Assembly: GCA_018335675.1 (NCBI GenBank)
Contig: JAGXRQ010000050.1
Coordinates: 34,174-98,173, forward strand
From: Bacteroidota bacterium
Lineage (GTDB): Bacteria > Bacteroidota > Bacteroidia > Bacteroidales > UBA7960
Reading direction: 5' to 3'
DNA length: 64,000 nucleotides
The notes beneath the pieces were generated by a model, which did no database searches, was not told the DNA's origin, and saw only the letters and a program-made list of their open reading frames with translations. Position numbers and translations under genes: made by a program. Positions 19,432 to 28,693 of this stretch are shown here, piece after piece; position 1 is the stretch's first letter; each line of letters opens with the position of its first letter.

Positions 19432-20652
19432 TTATCTTTGTTTCACAATCCATTCTGCAGGGTTTAATTTATTGGTGCCATGCCAAATTTGAAGGTTAAG
19501 TTCAGTCTTTTTTTCTTGATCGGTTGTGAAAACAATTCCAAGATCTTCCTTAGTAGTAACCTTTTGGCCATTTTTCACAAACACCTCCGACAAATTTGAA
19601 TATACGCTCAGATACTCGCCATGTCTGAGGATTACTGCATAATTCGACCCGGGCACATAAATAACGCGGGAAACAGTTCCTTCAAAAACAGATCTGGCTT
19701 TTGCACCTGCAACTGTAGCTATATCTATCCCATTATTCTGGATTTTAATTCTTGGAAGTACAGGATGAGCCCTTTCCCCAAAACCGGCAGTAATAACACC
19801 TCTTTCAACAGGCCAGGGAAGCTTCCCTTTGTTTCCGGCAAAATTTCTAGATAAGGCTTTTTCTTCTGGAGTTAGCGTGTATTCTTTTGTTACAGGTCTT
19901 CCCTCAGCCTTTGCTCTTTCTTCGGCTTTTTTCCTTTCCTCCTCAATAATTCTAGAGATAGCATTATCCAAGGCCTGAATAGCTTTCTGATGATTGGTAA
20001 GTTGTTTTTTTAAATCATTTTCTTGTTTTTTCAAACGTTCAATTGTCTGGTTTTGTTGTGATTTAGCTTTTGACAAAAGTTCAATTTCTATTCTTTCTTC
20101 AGCAAGCAATCGTTGTTGAACTGCTTTTTGAGCTTCCATTTCAGCAACTTTCTGATTTAACTCATTACTTGTTTCAACAATCTTTTCAGCTTGAATTTGC
20201 CTGTGTCTTGCATATTGTTGCAGGTACTTTAATCGTAAATATGCCTGATTAAAATCACGAGAGGAGAAAATAAACATAAGCCTTTGATACGAGCTTTGAT
20301 TTCTGTAAGCATAATATATCATTCTTGCATAAGAAGATTTGAGTTCGTCAAGTTCCTTTGAAAGCTGTTCTATGTTTTGGTTGTAATTTGCAATTCTTCG
20401 GTTTAATAACTGTATGTCGTTGTTAATTACCTTAATCAAATTCTCCCTTTTTTGTATTTGATTGTTTAGAATTACCAATTCATTTAGGCTTGCAGAAGCA
20501 GAAGTTCTTGTTTGTTTAAGAAGCTCATTAGTAAGTTTAATATTATTTTCAAGTTCTCTCCTTTCTTTTTCAAGAGCATCGCGAGATTGACCAAAAGACA
20601 TCAATCCGAAGCAGATTAAAACCAGAAAAATGCTAAAAGTCAATTTTTTCAT
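19432..20652 (-). CDS. Coiled-coil M23 family metallopeptidase (EnvC-like murein hydrolase activator)
   Basis: Signal peptide, ~250 aa of heptad-rich coiled coil, and a C-terminal M23 domain (GIDIA...A.SVFEG.V......G....VI.RHG.Y..VY.NL). Confidence 0.85.
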   Translation of the reverse strand: MKKLTFSIFLVLICFGLMSFGQSRDALEKERRELENNIKLTNELLKQTRTSASASLNELVILNNQIQKRENLIKVINNDIQLLNRRIANYNQNIEQLSKELDELKSSYARMIYYAYRNQSSYQRLMFIFSSRDFNQAYLRLKYLQQYARHRQIQAEKIVETSNELNQKVAEMEAQKAVQQRLLAEERIEIELLSKAKSQQNQTIERLKKQENDLKKQLTNHQKAIQALDNAISRIIEEERKKAEERAKAEGRPVTKEYTLTPEEKALSRNFAGNKGKLPWPVERGVITAGFGERAHPVLPRIKIQNNGIDIATVAGAKARSVFEGTVSRVIYVPGSNYAVILRHGEYLSVYSNLSEVFVKNGQKVTTKEDLGIVFTTDQEKKTELNLQIWHGTNKLNPAEWIVKQR

Positions 20653-21445
20653 ATCTGGGGGGAATTCGAAAACTCATGTTTTGCGGCAAATTTATACCCA
20701 TTTTGCTAAATCTCAAAAATAATTCTGCATGTGTTGACCTATCGGTGAATACCATTTCCAATGCAGCAGGGAAGAGCTGATTTTCAATTTTTTCCCATTC
20801 AGAATAATTTGCAGTGATGAATTTTCCGGAATTATCTGAAATCACATTTTTTCTAATCTTATAATTCGTAGTTTCAATAAAAATATTTTGAATAAGATAT
20901 ACTGAAGAATTACCAATTTTTCTACGGTGCTGGTTGCTTAATTTAATTAAGTCTCGTTCATTACTCAAAATAAAATAAGATGTTTCAAAATGAGGAAAGT
21001 CGTTTCCTGTAAGAAGAGATTGTAACATGAAAAAGTCGAGGTTTGCACCCAGTTTCTGATTTATAAACCTGTTATCTCCAACATAATAACTGCTTTCCAT
21101 TCTGTTTACAAATTTAACCGAATCAGGAGTAATTAACATCCTAACTACCTCAATACCCAAGGCAGGAGTAACAGAAATATAAATAGCTGAATCTTTTCTG
21201 ATTCTGATAGAACCTCCTATGCTGTGTGTACGCCCCTCCCAAATTGCATTACCTGAAAATCTGGTTGCAAACCATTCAAAATCCGCCGAATTATGTTTAA
21301 GTTCAGCAAAGTAATCTTCTGGTGTTTCAAACACTTTTTCTTCTTCTTTGTGAAACAACTTCTTTGTTTTACAGCTCCAAAATGAAACCACAAATGAAAA
21401 AGTTATTAGTAGTAAGAAGATTTTTCTAAAAAATGGACTATTCAT
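20633..21445 (-). CDS. Lipoprotein, probably DUF4292 / LolB-like fold
   Basis: Lipobox (FWSC), 270 aa, and the position between the TPR protein and the M23 peptidase that I recall as conserved in Bacteroidota. Family assignment unverified. Confidence 0.55.
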   Translation of the reverse strand: MNSPFFRKIFLLLITFSFVVSFWSCKTKKLFHKEEEKVFETPEDYFAELKHNSADFEWFATRFSGNAIWEGRTHSIGGSIRIRKDSAIYISVTPALGIEVVRMLITPDSVKFVNRMESSYYVGDNRFINQKLGANLDFFMLQSLLTGNDFPHFETSYFILSNERDLIKLSNQHRRKIGNSSVYLIQNIFIETTNYKIRKNVISDNSGKFITANYSEWEKIENQLFPAALEMVFTDRSTHAELFLRFSKMGINLPQNMSFRIPPRYEKIDF

Positions 21446-23177
21446 ATAATGTTTTATCGATGATTTTTTGATTAAGAAATTTACTTCCTTCTCCTGCTGA
21501 AGCTGCTTTTTCCCAATAATAGAAAGCTTTTTCTTTGTCTCCTAATTTATAGAGAACATCTCCATAGTGTTCTATAACAACTGGACGATCTTCTTCAGAG
21601 CTATTCAGAGCCTTTTCCAGCCAAACTTTTGCATTCTCATAATTACCGGACTGATAAAGAATCCATCCGTATGTGTCTTGAAAAGCCGACTGTCCTGGCT
21701 TTATCTCATTTGCAAGCTTAGACATTTCTTCGGCAACTTCTAAATTCTCTTTTCTAACAGAAAGTGAATATGCGTAATTGTTTAAAGCATATGCATTTTG
21801 CGGATTTCTTTGAAGAGCGTTGATATATGCATTATCAGCATCTTCATGTTTTTCAATTTTTCCATACGAGTCTGCCATCAGAGTATAAAAATCTGAGCTA
21901 ATTTCATTGTCGTGAATTACCAATGGCAAAGCTTGTTTCATAGCGCTGGTAGTAATTTCATATTCTTTCAGAGAATAAGCCGCTATTGCCTGATAATAAA
22001 ACAGTGTGGCATATTCAAAGTAATATTCAAGAGCAGAAGTTGAGTTTTTTAACATTGATTCATAGTCCCTTAACTCAGAGTCAATGTATAGTAACTGCTC
22101 CCAAACAGGGAAATTGTCAGGATTTATTTCCAGAGCTTTGTGATAATATTTTCTGGCTTTTTCGAATTTTTTATCTCTGAAAAGAAAATCCCCAAATATG
22201 TAATAAGGCACAGCACTATCGGGATTACTTTCAATGAAGGTTTCACACAATTCATATGCATATACCTTATACAAGCTGTCGTTTGAAGAGAATTGGAAAA
22301 AGGAGAACATTATTCTTTCCTTGTTTTCAACATCTAAAGCTGAACTTTTAAAGGCTTTTTTAACGTATGAGAATGCTTTTTCCTTTTCATTTTTTTGCTG
22401 GTAAAAATCGGCAATTAGTAGCAGTGGATAGGGATTAAACGGATCAAGAGCGAGCATTTGTTCGTATATTTCAAATGCTTTGTTTTTCATATTAGCATTT
22501 GAATAAAGTGTTGCCAGATAATCAAGATACTGTATTTCATCTGAATAAATAGCCACAAGCTTTTTTACATCCTCAATAGCTTTTTCTATCCTTCCGATTT
22601 TGAGGTAAAGGTCTTGTCGCTCGATTGCAATATCTTCAGAAAATCCCAGAATTTTTTCCATCTGGTTATAAACCTCAATTGCCTCTTTGTGTCTGTTCAG
22701 GAATTTAAGGGTTTCTGCATGCCCAATGTATAAGTTTGGTTTTGTGGGGTTTTCAGCTATAAGTTTTTTTTCAATCTCGATAGTCTTATTATACTGATTA
22801 TTAAGGGCATATATGTCAGCTAAAAGTATATTGTAATATATATTTGCTGGGTCGAGCTGTTGTGCTTTTTTTGCAAAAACTAAAGCATCTTTATATAATC
22901 CTTCAACAGCGTGAATAGTTGCAAGTTCGTAATATGCCGCACAGTTTGTTGGGTCTTTTTCTACAGCGTCAGCATATAGTAATACTGCGCTGCTTATATT
23001 TCCCTTGATTTTTTGTCTTGTTCCTTCGATCAGAAGAGCCGAACTTTCCATTCGGTTAACCTCTGAGACAGTTACTTTCTTACTTTGTTCTGATTTGGAT
23101 ATTGTTTTGCACGAAGTAAAAGCTATTATAAACCCATTTAGCAGTAAAAACAAATAACCCCATTGCTTGATTTTCAT
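21438..23177 (-). CDS. Tetratricopeptide-repeat lipoprotein
   Basis: The internal ATG at 23177 gives MKIKQWGYLFLLLNGFIIAFTSC (lipobox) and removes the overlap with dut. Many 34-aa TPR units (A..YY......G.Y..A......A...P.N). Confidence 0.75.
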   Translation of the reverse strand: MKIKQWGYLFLLLNGFIIAFTSCKTISKSEQSKKVTVSEVNRMESSALLIEGTRQKIKGNISSAVLLYADAVEKDPTNCAAYYELATIHAVEGLYKDALVFAKKAQQLDPANIYYNILLADIYALNNQYNKTIEIEKKLIAENPTKPNLYIGHAETLKFLNRHKEAIEVYNQMEKILGFSEDIAIERQDLYLKIGRIEKAIEDVKKLVAIYSDEIQYLDYLATLYSNANMKNKAFEIYEQMLALDPFNPYPLLLIADFYQQKNEKEKAFSYVKKAFKSSALDVENKERIMFSFFQFSSNDSLYKVYAYELCETFIESNPDSAVPYYIFGDFLFRDKKFEKARKYYHKALEINPDNFPVWEQLLYIDSELRDYESMLKNSTSALEYYFEYATLFYYQAIAAYSLKEYEITTSAMKQALPLVIHDNEISSDFYTLMADSYGKIEKHEDADNAYINALQRNPQNAYALNNYAYSLSVRKENLEVAEEMSKLANEIKPGQSAFQDTYGWILYQSGNYENAKVWLEKALNSSEEDRPVVIEHYGDVLYKLGDKEKAFYYWEKAASAGEGSKFLNQKIIDKTLYE

Positions 23178-23199
23178 TATTTTACACTTTTTATTAAGT

Positions 23200-23643
23200 C
23201 TATTTTGTTCCCGTGTGTCCGAATCCTCCCGCTCCTCGCTTGGTTTCGGAAAGATTATCAACTAAAACAAATTCAGCCCTTTTATGTTCTGCAATTATCA
23301 TTTGCGCAATTCTGTCGCCGTTGTTTATTGTAAAGTCCCTATCAGATAAGTTTATTAGAATTACCATAACTTCTCCTCTGTAATCTGCATCAATTGTTCC
23401 GGGTGTGTTTAAAACAGTAATTCCCGATTTAATTGCGAGCCCGCTTCTAGGCCTTACTTGTGCTTCATATCCAATTGGCAACTCAATGTACAGTCCAGTT
23501 GGTACTAAAGAACGTCCAAGAGGTTTAATTATTATTGGTTCATTTAAGAATGCTCTTAAGTCCATTCCTGCAGAAAATAATGTTTCGTATTCAGGTAAAG
23601 GGTTGGTTGATTTGTTAACGATTTTTATACTTATATTTCCCAT
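23200..23643 (-). CDS. dut: dUTP diphosphatase
   Basis: [31 protein letters not shown], and C-terminal [10 protein letters not shown]. Confidence 0.95.
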   Translation of the reverse strand: MGNISIKIVNKSTNPLPEYETLFSAGMDLRAFLNEPIIIKPLGRSLVPTGLYIELPIGYEAQVRPRSGLAIKSGITVLNTPGTIDADYRGEVMVILINLSDRDFTINNGDRIAQMIIAEHKRAEFVLVDNLSETKRGAGGFGHTGTK

Positions 23644-23722
23644 AAAAAGCTTTTTTAATGGACAAAGATAAGTAAAAGCGTACTATTTGAAAGTAGTTTT
23701 TAAGAGAACTCTAAGAAAGAAA

Positions 23723-24973
23723 TTATTCAAATATTGAGTCAGGAGATAATATTCTGTTGATACTGTCAAGAATCAATGCCTCTCTACGTAGCTGTTGCTC
23801 TAATAGCCATGCTTCTTTTTCGTTTTTAAAAAGGAGGGATTGTATAGAATCAACAAGATCAGCGATGTCGGTATTGTTATTGCTGAGAATTATCAAAGTT
23901 GCATTTCTGTCCGTAAATCTTTTAAAACTAGTTCTGAAACCTTTCCATCTGCCAGGGTGGTGAACAGCTTTAATTCCAAACACATCTTGAAGCCTCCATC
24001 CGTAGCCATATTCCACAATGCTGTCATTAACAAGTCGCTGAAATTCAAAAGCTTCTTTTGCAACTTCTTCCGGAATAATTGAGTTTTCATAAAACGCCCT
24101 GTCCCATTTTAATAGATCAGGAATGTTAGAATAAACCCCCTTATCTCCAAATACTGCATCAAGGTTGTCTTCGGGAATAATGCGCCAGCTATTTCTTGTT
24201 TTTCTGAACCCTTTTGCTCTGTCGATATTTTCTTTTGGCTTGCGAATATCATAAACGAATGTATTTGATAATCCTAGTGGAATAAAAACTCTTTTTTCAA
24301 GAAATTGTGCATAACTCATTTTGCTAACTCTTTCAATTATTAGTCCGAGAAAAACATAACCAGAATTAGAATATTCAAACTTCTCTCCAGGGGTAAAGTT
24401 TAATGGTCTCTTTTGTTCAATAAAAAGATTTAATACATCTTCGTTGTTTGGATATTGTGATTTTTTCCAGAATTTTTCAATTAAGAACATATAATTCTGC
24501 AGTCCGGAAGTATGAGTAAGAAGCTGTTTAATTGTAATATTCGGATAAGGAAATTCCTGGATATGCTTAACGACTTTGTCGTTTATATTTAATAAAGAAT
24601 CTTCTTGAAGTAGCAGAATAGCTGTCGAAGTATACGTTTTTGAGATGCTAGCAAGCTGAAAAACAGTTTCTTTTGTTGATGGAATAGCATTTTTCAAATC
24701 TGCAAAACCAAAACATCTATCGTACAGAACATCTCCATTAAATGATATGTAAATATTTCCATTGAATTCAATTTGTAAAAGGAACTCGGTTACTTTATTA
24801 TAGAAATATTCATAATCTTCATTTGTCCATAGAGGTTCTTTGTATTCTTCATAATTGATGGAAATCATTTCTTTAGCAGGATTTTTATCTTGCAATAAAA
24901 ATGCACTGCTCACAATTAAAAACAATATCAAAAAAATAAATAATTTGCTGGTGTTGTGTGGTTTATTGAACAT
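23723..24973 (-). CDS. Serine hydrolase, beta-lactamase/PBP4* family
   Basis: SxxK motif (ASISKTYT) and YSNSGY (class C-like YxN). The ATG at 24973 gives an N-terminal signal or anchor. Confidence 0.8.
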   Translation of the reverse strand: MFNKPHNTSKLFIFLILFLIVSSAFLLQDKNPAKEMISINYEEYKEPLWTNEDYEYFYNKVTEFLLQIEFNGNIYISFNGDVLYDRCFGFADLKNAIPSTKETVFQLASISKTYTSTAILLLQEDSLLNINDKVVKHIQEFPYPNITIKQLLTHTSGLQNYMFLIEKFWKKSQYPNNEDVLNLFIEQKRPLNFTPGEKFEYSNSGYVFLGLIIERVSKMSYAQFLEKRVFIPLGLSNTFVYDIRKPKENIDRAKGFRKTRNSWRIIPEDNLDAVFGDKGVYSNIPDLLKWDRAFYENSIIPEEVAKEAFEFQRLVNDSIVEYGYGWRLQDVFGIKAVHHPGRWKGFRTSFKRFTDRNATLIILSNNNTDIADLVDSIQSLLFKNEKEAWLLEQQLRREALILDSINRILSPDSIFE

Positions 24974-25156
24974 ATAAAAGATTAGATAGTTGTAACAAAT
25001 AAAATACAAAATTAATAGTTTATTAGTTATTCATTATTAACGAATGAAAATTGAATGCTGGTTTATGCTTGTTTTCATTAATTTATAATGTATAAAAGTG
25101 TAACTTTATAGGCTCCAACAGAGTTTAACAGATATATAAATGTATAAGATATTTTT

Positions 25157-25927
25157 ATGAAGAAAAACAGCTTGATTATTTTTTTGATAATTATTCTTGC
25201 CGCAATATCCTCGTGCGTTCCACATAGAAAGATGGTTTACCTTCAGGATAAAGGAACAGGAGGAGATACCTTAACATTTTCAAAGCCTGAGTATAAAATA
25301 AAAGCGGGCGATATCCTTCATATAAGAGTTTTAACCTTAGATGAGGAATCCTTTATGACGTTCAACAATATTGAAGGCAGAGGAGGCGGTGCTTATTCTT
25401 CAAGAGAAAACCAGATTAGTGTTTATTTGCATGGATATACAGTTAATGATGCTGGAGAAGTAACTCTTCCGATAATTGGAGTTATGAAAGTTACAGGGTT
25501 AACAACAGATGAGGCAATGGATTTAATAAGCAAGCAAATAAGTGAATATCTAATCGGGGCTACAGTAATTGTGAAAATTGCTAACTTTTCTGTAACTATT
25601 TTAGGAGAGGTTAGGCGGCCGGGCAATTATTATGTTTATGATAATAGGTTTACGATTATGGATATAATTGGGCAGGCCGGCGACTTAACAGAGTTTGGTA
25701 ACAGAAAGGTTAATGTAGTCAGGCAAACTGAAGAGGGAGCTATATTTGCGGAGTTGGACATTACAGACAGAAAATCAGTAAGTTCCGAATTCTATTATTT
25801 GCAACCTAATGATTTGGTATATGTTCAGCCCTATGTTGTTAAAAGGCTTGGATTCAGAGAGTTTCCCTTTAGTGTTTTGTTCTCTGCAGTTACAACACTG
25901 ATATTATTATTGAATTTTGTAAATTAA
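25157..25927 (+). CDS. wza: Polysaccharide export outer-membrane lipoprotein (Wza family)
   Basis: Lipobox (AAISSC), Poly_export motif (YKIKAGDILHIRV) and SLBB motif (V.ILGEVRRPG.Y). Confidence 0.88.
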   Translation: MKKNSLIIFLIIILAAISSCVPHRKMVYLQDKGTGGDTLTFSKPEYKIKAGDILHIRVLTLDEESFMTFNNIEGRGGGAYSSRENQISVYLHGYTVNDAGEVTLPIIGVMKVTGLTTDEAMDLISKQISEYLIGATVIVKIANFSVTILGEVRRPGNYYVYDNRFTIMDIIGQAGDLTEFGNRKVNVVRQTEEGAIFAELDITDRKSVSSEFYYLQPNDLVYVQPYVVKRLGFREFPFSVLFSAVTTLILLLNFVN

Positions 25928-25942
25928 GATAATCAAGAAAAG

Positions 25943-28384
25943 ATGAGTCAGGATCCATTTCGCGAAGAAACAATCGATTTTAAAAGGCTTGTGCTAAAGT
26001 ATATTAGGTTTTGGTATTGGTTTGTGATATCAGTGTCTGTAGCATTGGCAATCGGGTATTTTGTAAACAAATTTGCGGAAATTGTTTATAAAGTAAAAGC
26101 TACAGTCTTAATAAAAGATGACAGAAGAGGTGGGTTTAGGGGTAGCCAAGCTTCATCATTTATGAGAGAAATGGATATTTTTAATCCGAGAACAAATATC
26201 TTTAATGAAATAGCGGTTATAAAATCAATTTCATTAGTTGATTCTGCAATTAGAAAGCTTGATTTGGATGTGTCATATTATAATATAGGAAGATTAGTAG
26301 GAGAAATTAGAACTACAGAGATTTATGTAAATAGTCCATTCAGAGTTATTTATGATATAGATAAACAGACATTAAAGAATAAGAGTTTTAATGTTAAAAT
26401 TATTTCGGAAAACGAGTTTGAACTCGAACTATCAGAAACTAGCAAAAAATTTCTTCAAAATGGGAAAAAAACGATAAAAGCAGAGTTTGACAAGCCTGTT
26501 GTTTTAGATGACACATACATAATTGTTGAGAAAAAGGAAACATTTAGTAAAGAAAATCATGTTGGAAGAGAGTTTATTTTTACAATAGAAGATTTAAATA
26601 GCCTTGCGGTAAAATATTTTCCTAAATTAAAGGCGGAACCACTTAGTCAGGATGTTTCAATTGTGGAAATTTCATTCGAAGCAACCAACGCTTTAAGAGC
26701 AATAGACTTTTTGAATTCGCTCATTAATGTTTATTTAGAACAAGGGTTAAATGAAAAAAACCTAACGGCAGAAAATACTATCAAGTTTATTGATCAGCAA
26801 ATAGATATAACTGTTGATTCATTATACATTGCGGAAAAAAAGTTGCAGGAGTTTAGAAAAGAAAAAAGGTTAATGGATATAGGCCAACAAGCAACACAAC
26901 TATTTAATGAGCTACAAAAGCTGGACAATCTAAAAGCATTGGAATCTGTGAGACAAGAGTATTATAACTATTTGTTGCAGTATATTGCTGACAATATGGA
27001 TTTCAGAGAAGTTTTTAGCCCTTCAGCAATAGGGATTGAAGACCCTGTTCTAAATAATCAAATTATTAGGCTTGGAGAATTGTATGCAGAAAAATCTAAA
27101 TTATTATTAAGCACAACATATAGAAGTCCCAACATCAAAATTATTGATTCAGAAATTTTATTGGCAAAGAAAACACTTGAAGAAAATGTCAAAAATCAAA
27201 AAAACTCATCTATTATATATCTAAACGATTTAAATCGTCGAATAGAAACCGTTGAAAACAAAATTACTGAACTGCCAGGGACAGAAAGAGAATTAATTGG
27301 AATTCAAAGACGATTTAATTTAAATGATGCCACTTATAATTATCTGCTTGAAAAAAGGGTTGAAGCAGGAATCGCTCTTGCATCAAATATTTCAGATAAT
27401 AGAATTATTGACGACGCCAGATCTATTGGTTTAGTTTCTCCAAAGAAAAGCAGGAACTATACAATAGCCTTAATTATTGGCTTATTTATTCCTCTATCCA
27501 TATTGATGATTAAAGATTTTTTTAACACCAAGATTCAGGATAAAAAGGACATTACCAATATTGTTAAATTTCCTATACTTGGCATTATTCCTCACAATAA
27601 AAAAACTGGGAAAAGCTCTCGAATTAATTTAATAGTTTTCCAGGACCCCAAGTCGGCGGTTGCAGAAGCATTTAGAGCAATGAGAACTAACTTGCAATAT
27701 TTTGCTGCTGAAGCTCAAAACAAAATAATTTCAATTACAAGCACCAAGTCAGAAGAGGGAAAAACTTTTTCTGCAATTAATCTCGCCTCAGTTATTGCCA
27801 TAAGTGGTAAAAAAGTAGTATTGCTTGGGGCTGATATGAGAAAACCTAGAATACATGATGAATTTGATATTGAAAAAGATCCCGGATTGTCAAACTTCCT
27901 AATTGGCAAAGCCACAATTGATGAAGTAATCCAAAAGGTTGAGCATAATGAATTCCTAAATATAATTACATCTGGGAATACCCCCCCAAACCCATCTGAG
28001 CTTATCGAATCGCCCAGAATGCAGGAGCTATTGACTGAGCTTAAGAAAAGGTATGATTATATTGTAATAGATACTCCGCCTGTAGGCATCGTACCTGACG
28101 CAATTCATATTCTGAAAAAGTCTGACATTGTTGTGTATGTTGTTAGACAGCGATTTACTGAAAGGTCATCTCTAGAGTTTATTAATGAGTTTACATCAAA
28201 GATTGAACTTAATAATATCTGCTTGGAGATTAATGATGTAAAGCTTTCAAAAACTGGCTATGGTTACGGTTATGGTTACGGCTATGGCTATGGTTATAGC
28301 TATGGTTATGGCTACACTGATGAACAAAAAGCCACAAGAGTTTCCTTTCTTAATGAAATTGGAAAAGCATTCAAAAAAACCTAA
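25943..28384 (+). CDS. wzc: Polysaccharide co-polymerase / tyrosine autokinase (Wzc family)
   Basis: Wzz-type N-terminal TM, long periplasmic coiled region, second TM, Walker A (SEEGKTFSAINLA), Walker B (YIVIDTPPVG) and a C-terminal tyrosine cluster. Confidence 0.88.
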   Translation: MSQDPFREETIDFKRLVLKYIRFWYWFVISVSVALAIGYFVNKFAEIVYKVKATVLIKDDRRGGFRGSQASSFMREMDIFNPRTNIFNEIAVIKSISLVDSAIRKLDLDVSYYNIGRLVGEIRTTEIYVNSPFRVIYDIDKQTLKNKSFNVKIISENEFELELSETSKKFLQNGKKTIKAEFDKPVVLDDTYIIVEKKETFSKENHVGREFIFTIEDLNSLAVKYFPKLKAEPLSQDVSIVEISFEATNALRAIDFLNSLINVYLEQGLNEKNLTAENTIKFIDQQIDITVDSLYIAEKKLQEFRKEKRLMDIGQQATQLFNELQKLDNLKALESVRQEYYNYLLQYIADNMDFREVFSPSAIGIEDPVLNNQIIRLGELYAEKSKLLLSTTYRSPNIKIIDSEILLAKKTLEENVKNQKNSSIIYLNDLNRRIETVENKITELPGTERELIGIQRRFNLNDATYNYLLEKRVEAGIALASNISDNRIIDDARSIGLVSPKKSRNYTIALIIGLFIPLSILMIKDFFNTKIQDKKDITNIVKFPILGIIPHNKKTGKSSRINLIVFQDPKSAVAEAFRAMRTNLQYFAAEAQNKIISITSTKSEEGKTFSAINLASVIAISGKKVVLLGADMRKPRIHDEFDIEKDPGLSNFLIGKATIDEVIQKVEHNEFLNIITSGNTPPNPSELIESPRMQELLTELKKRYDYIVIDTPPVGIVPDAIHILKKSDIVVYVVRQRFTERSSLEFINEFTSKIELNNICLEINDVKLSKTGYGYGYGYGYGYGYSYGYGYTDEQKATRVSFLNEIGKAFKKT
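28256..28315 (+). repeat. (Gly-Tyr)x10 coding repeat forming the Wzc tyrosine cluster
   Basis: GYGYGYGYGYGYGYSYGYGY is encoded with alternating synonymous codons (GGC/GGT, TAT/TAC). Confidence 0.9.
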
Positions 28385-28434
28385 AACTATCTATCCCTAT
28401 TTTTTTATTATTTATGGTATTCCGTTATAAGGAG

Positions 28435-28495
28435 CCGCCAAAGATATTAACACATTTAAGTAAATATTGTTAATATCAATATAATGTTTTGGCGG
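28435..28495. promoter_or_regulatory. Nested inverted repeat in the wzc / giant-gene intergenic region
   Basis: Outer arms CCGCCAAA (28435-28442) and TTTGGCGG (28488-28495). Inner perfect 10-nt arms GATATTAACA (28443-28452) and TGTTAATATC (28468-28477). No downstream T-run on the + strand. Confidence 0.5.
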
Positions 28496-28693
28496 ATTAA
28501 AAAAAGATATTAATTTTGGAACTTAGGAGAAGAATTTTTTTAAGCATTTACTTATTTACATGAGTTGAGTTTGCAACAAAAGCACCCTGTTTTTCGTATA
28601 AACAAACATTATTGAAAGATAAGCGTTTGTTTTGCTGACAAGTTGCAATCTCAAACATTTGAGATAACTGAAAATAATATTAAAACAACACAT

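Noticed and set aside
23178-23261. Overlap of the TPR ORF with dut (tracked start 23261)
   Set aside because: The internal ATG at 23177 yields a proper lipoprotein signal peptide and removes the 62-nt overlap. The upstream extension is hydrophilic and runs through the dut 3' end.
28256-28315. GY-encoding repeat as a phase-variation microsatellite
   Set aside because: The nucleotide sequence is not a perfect tandem repeat because synonymous codons alternate. Any 6-nt slippage would also stay in frame, so an on/off switch is unlikely.
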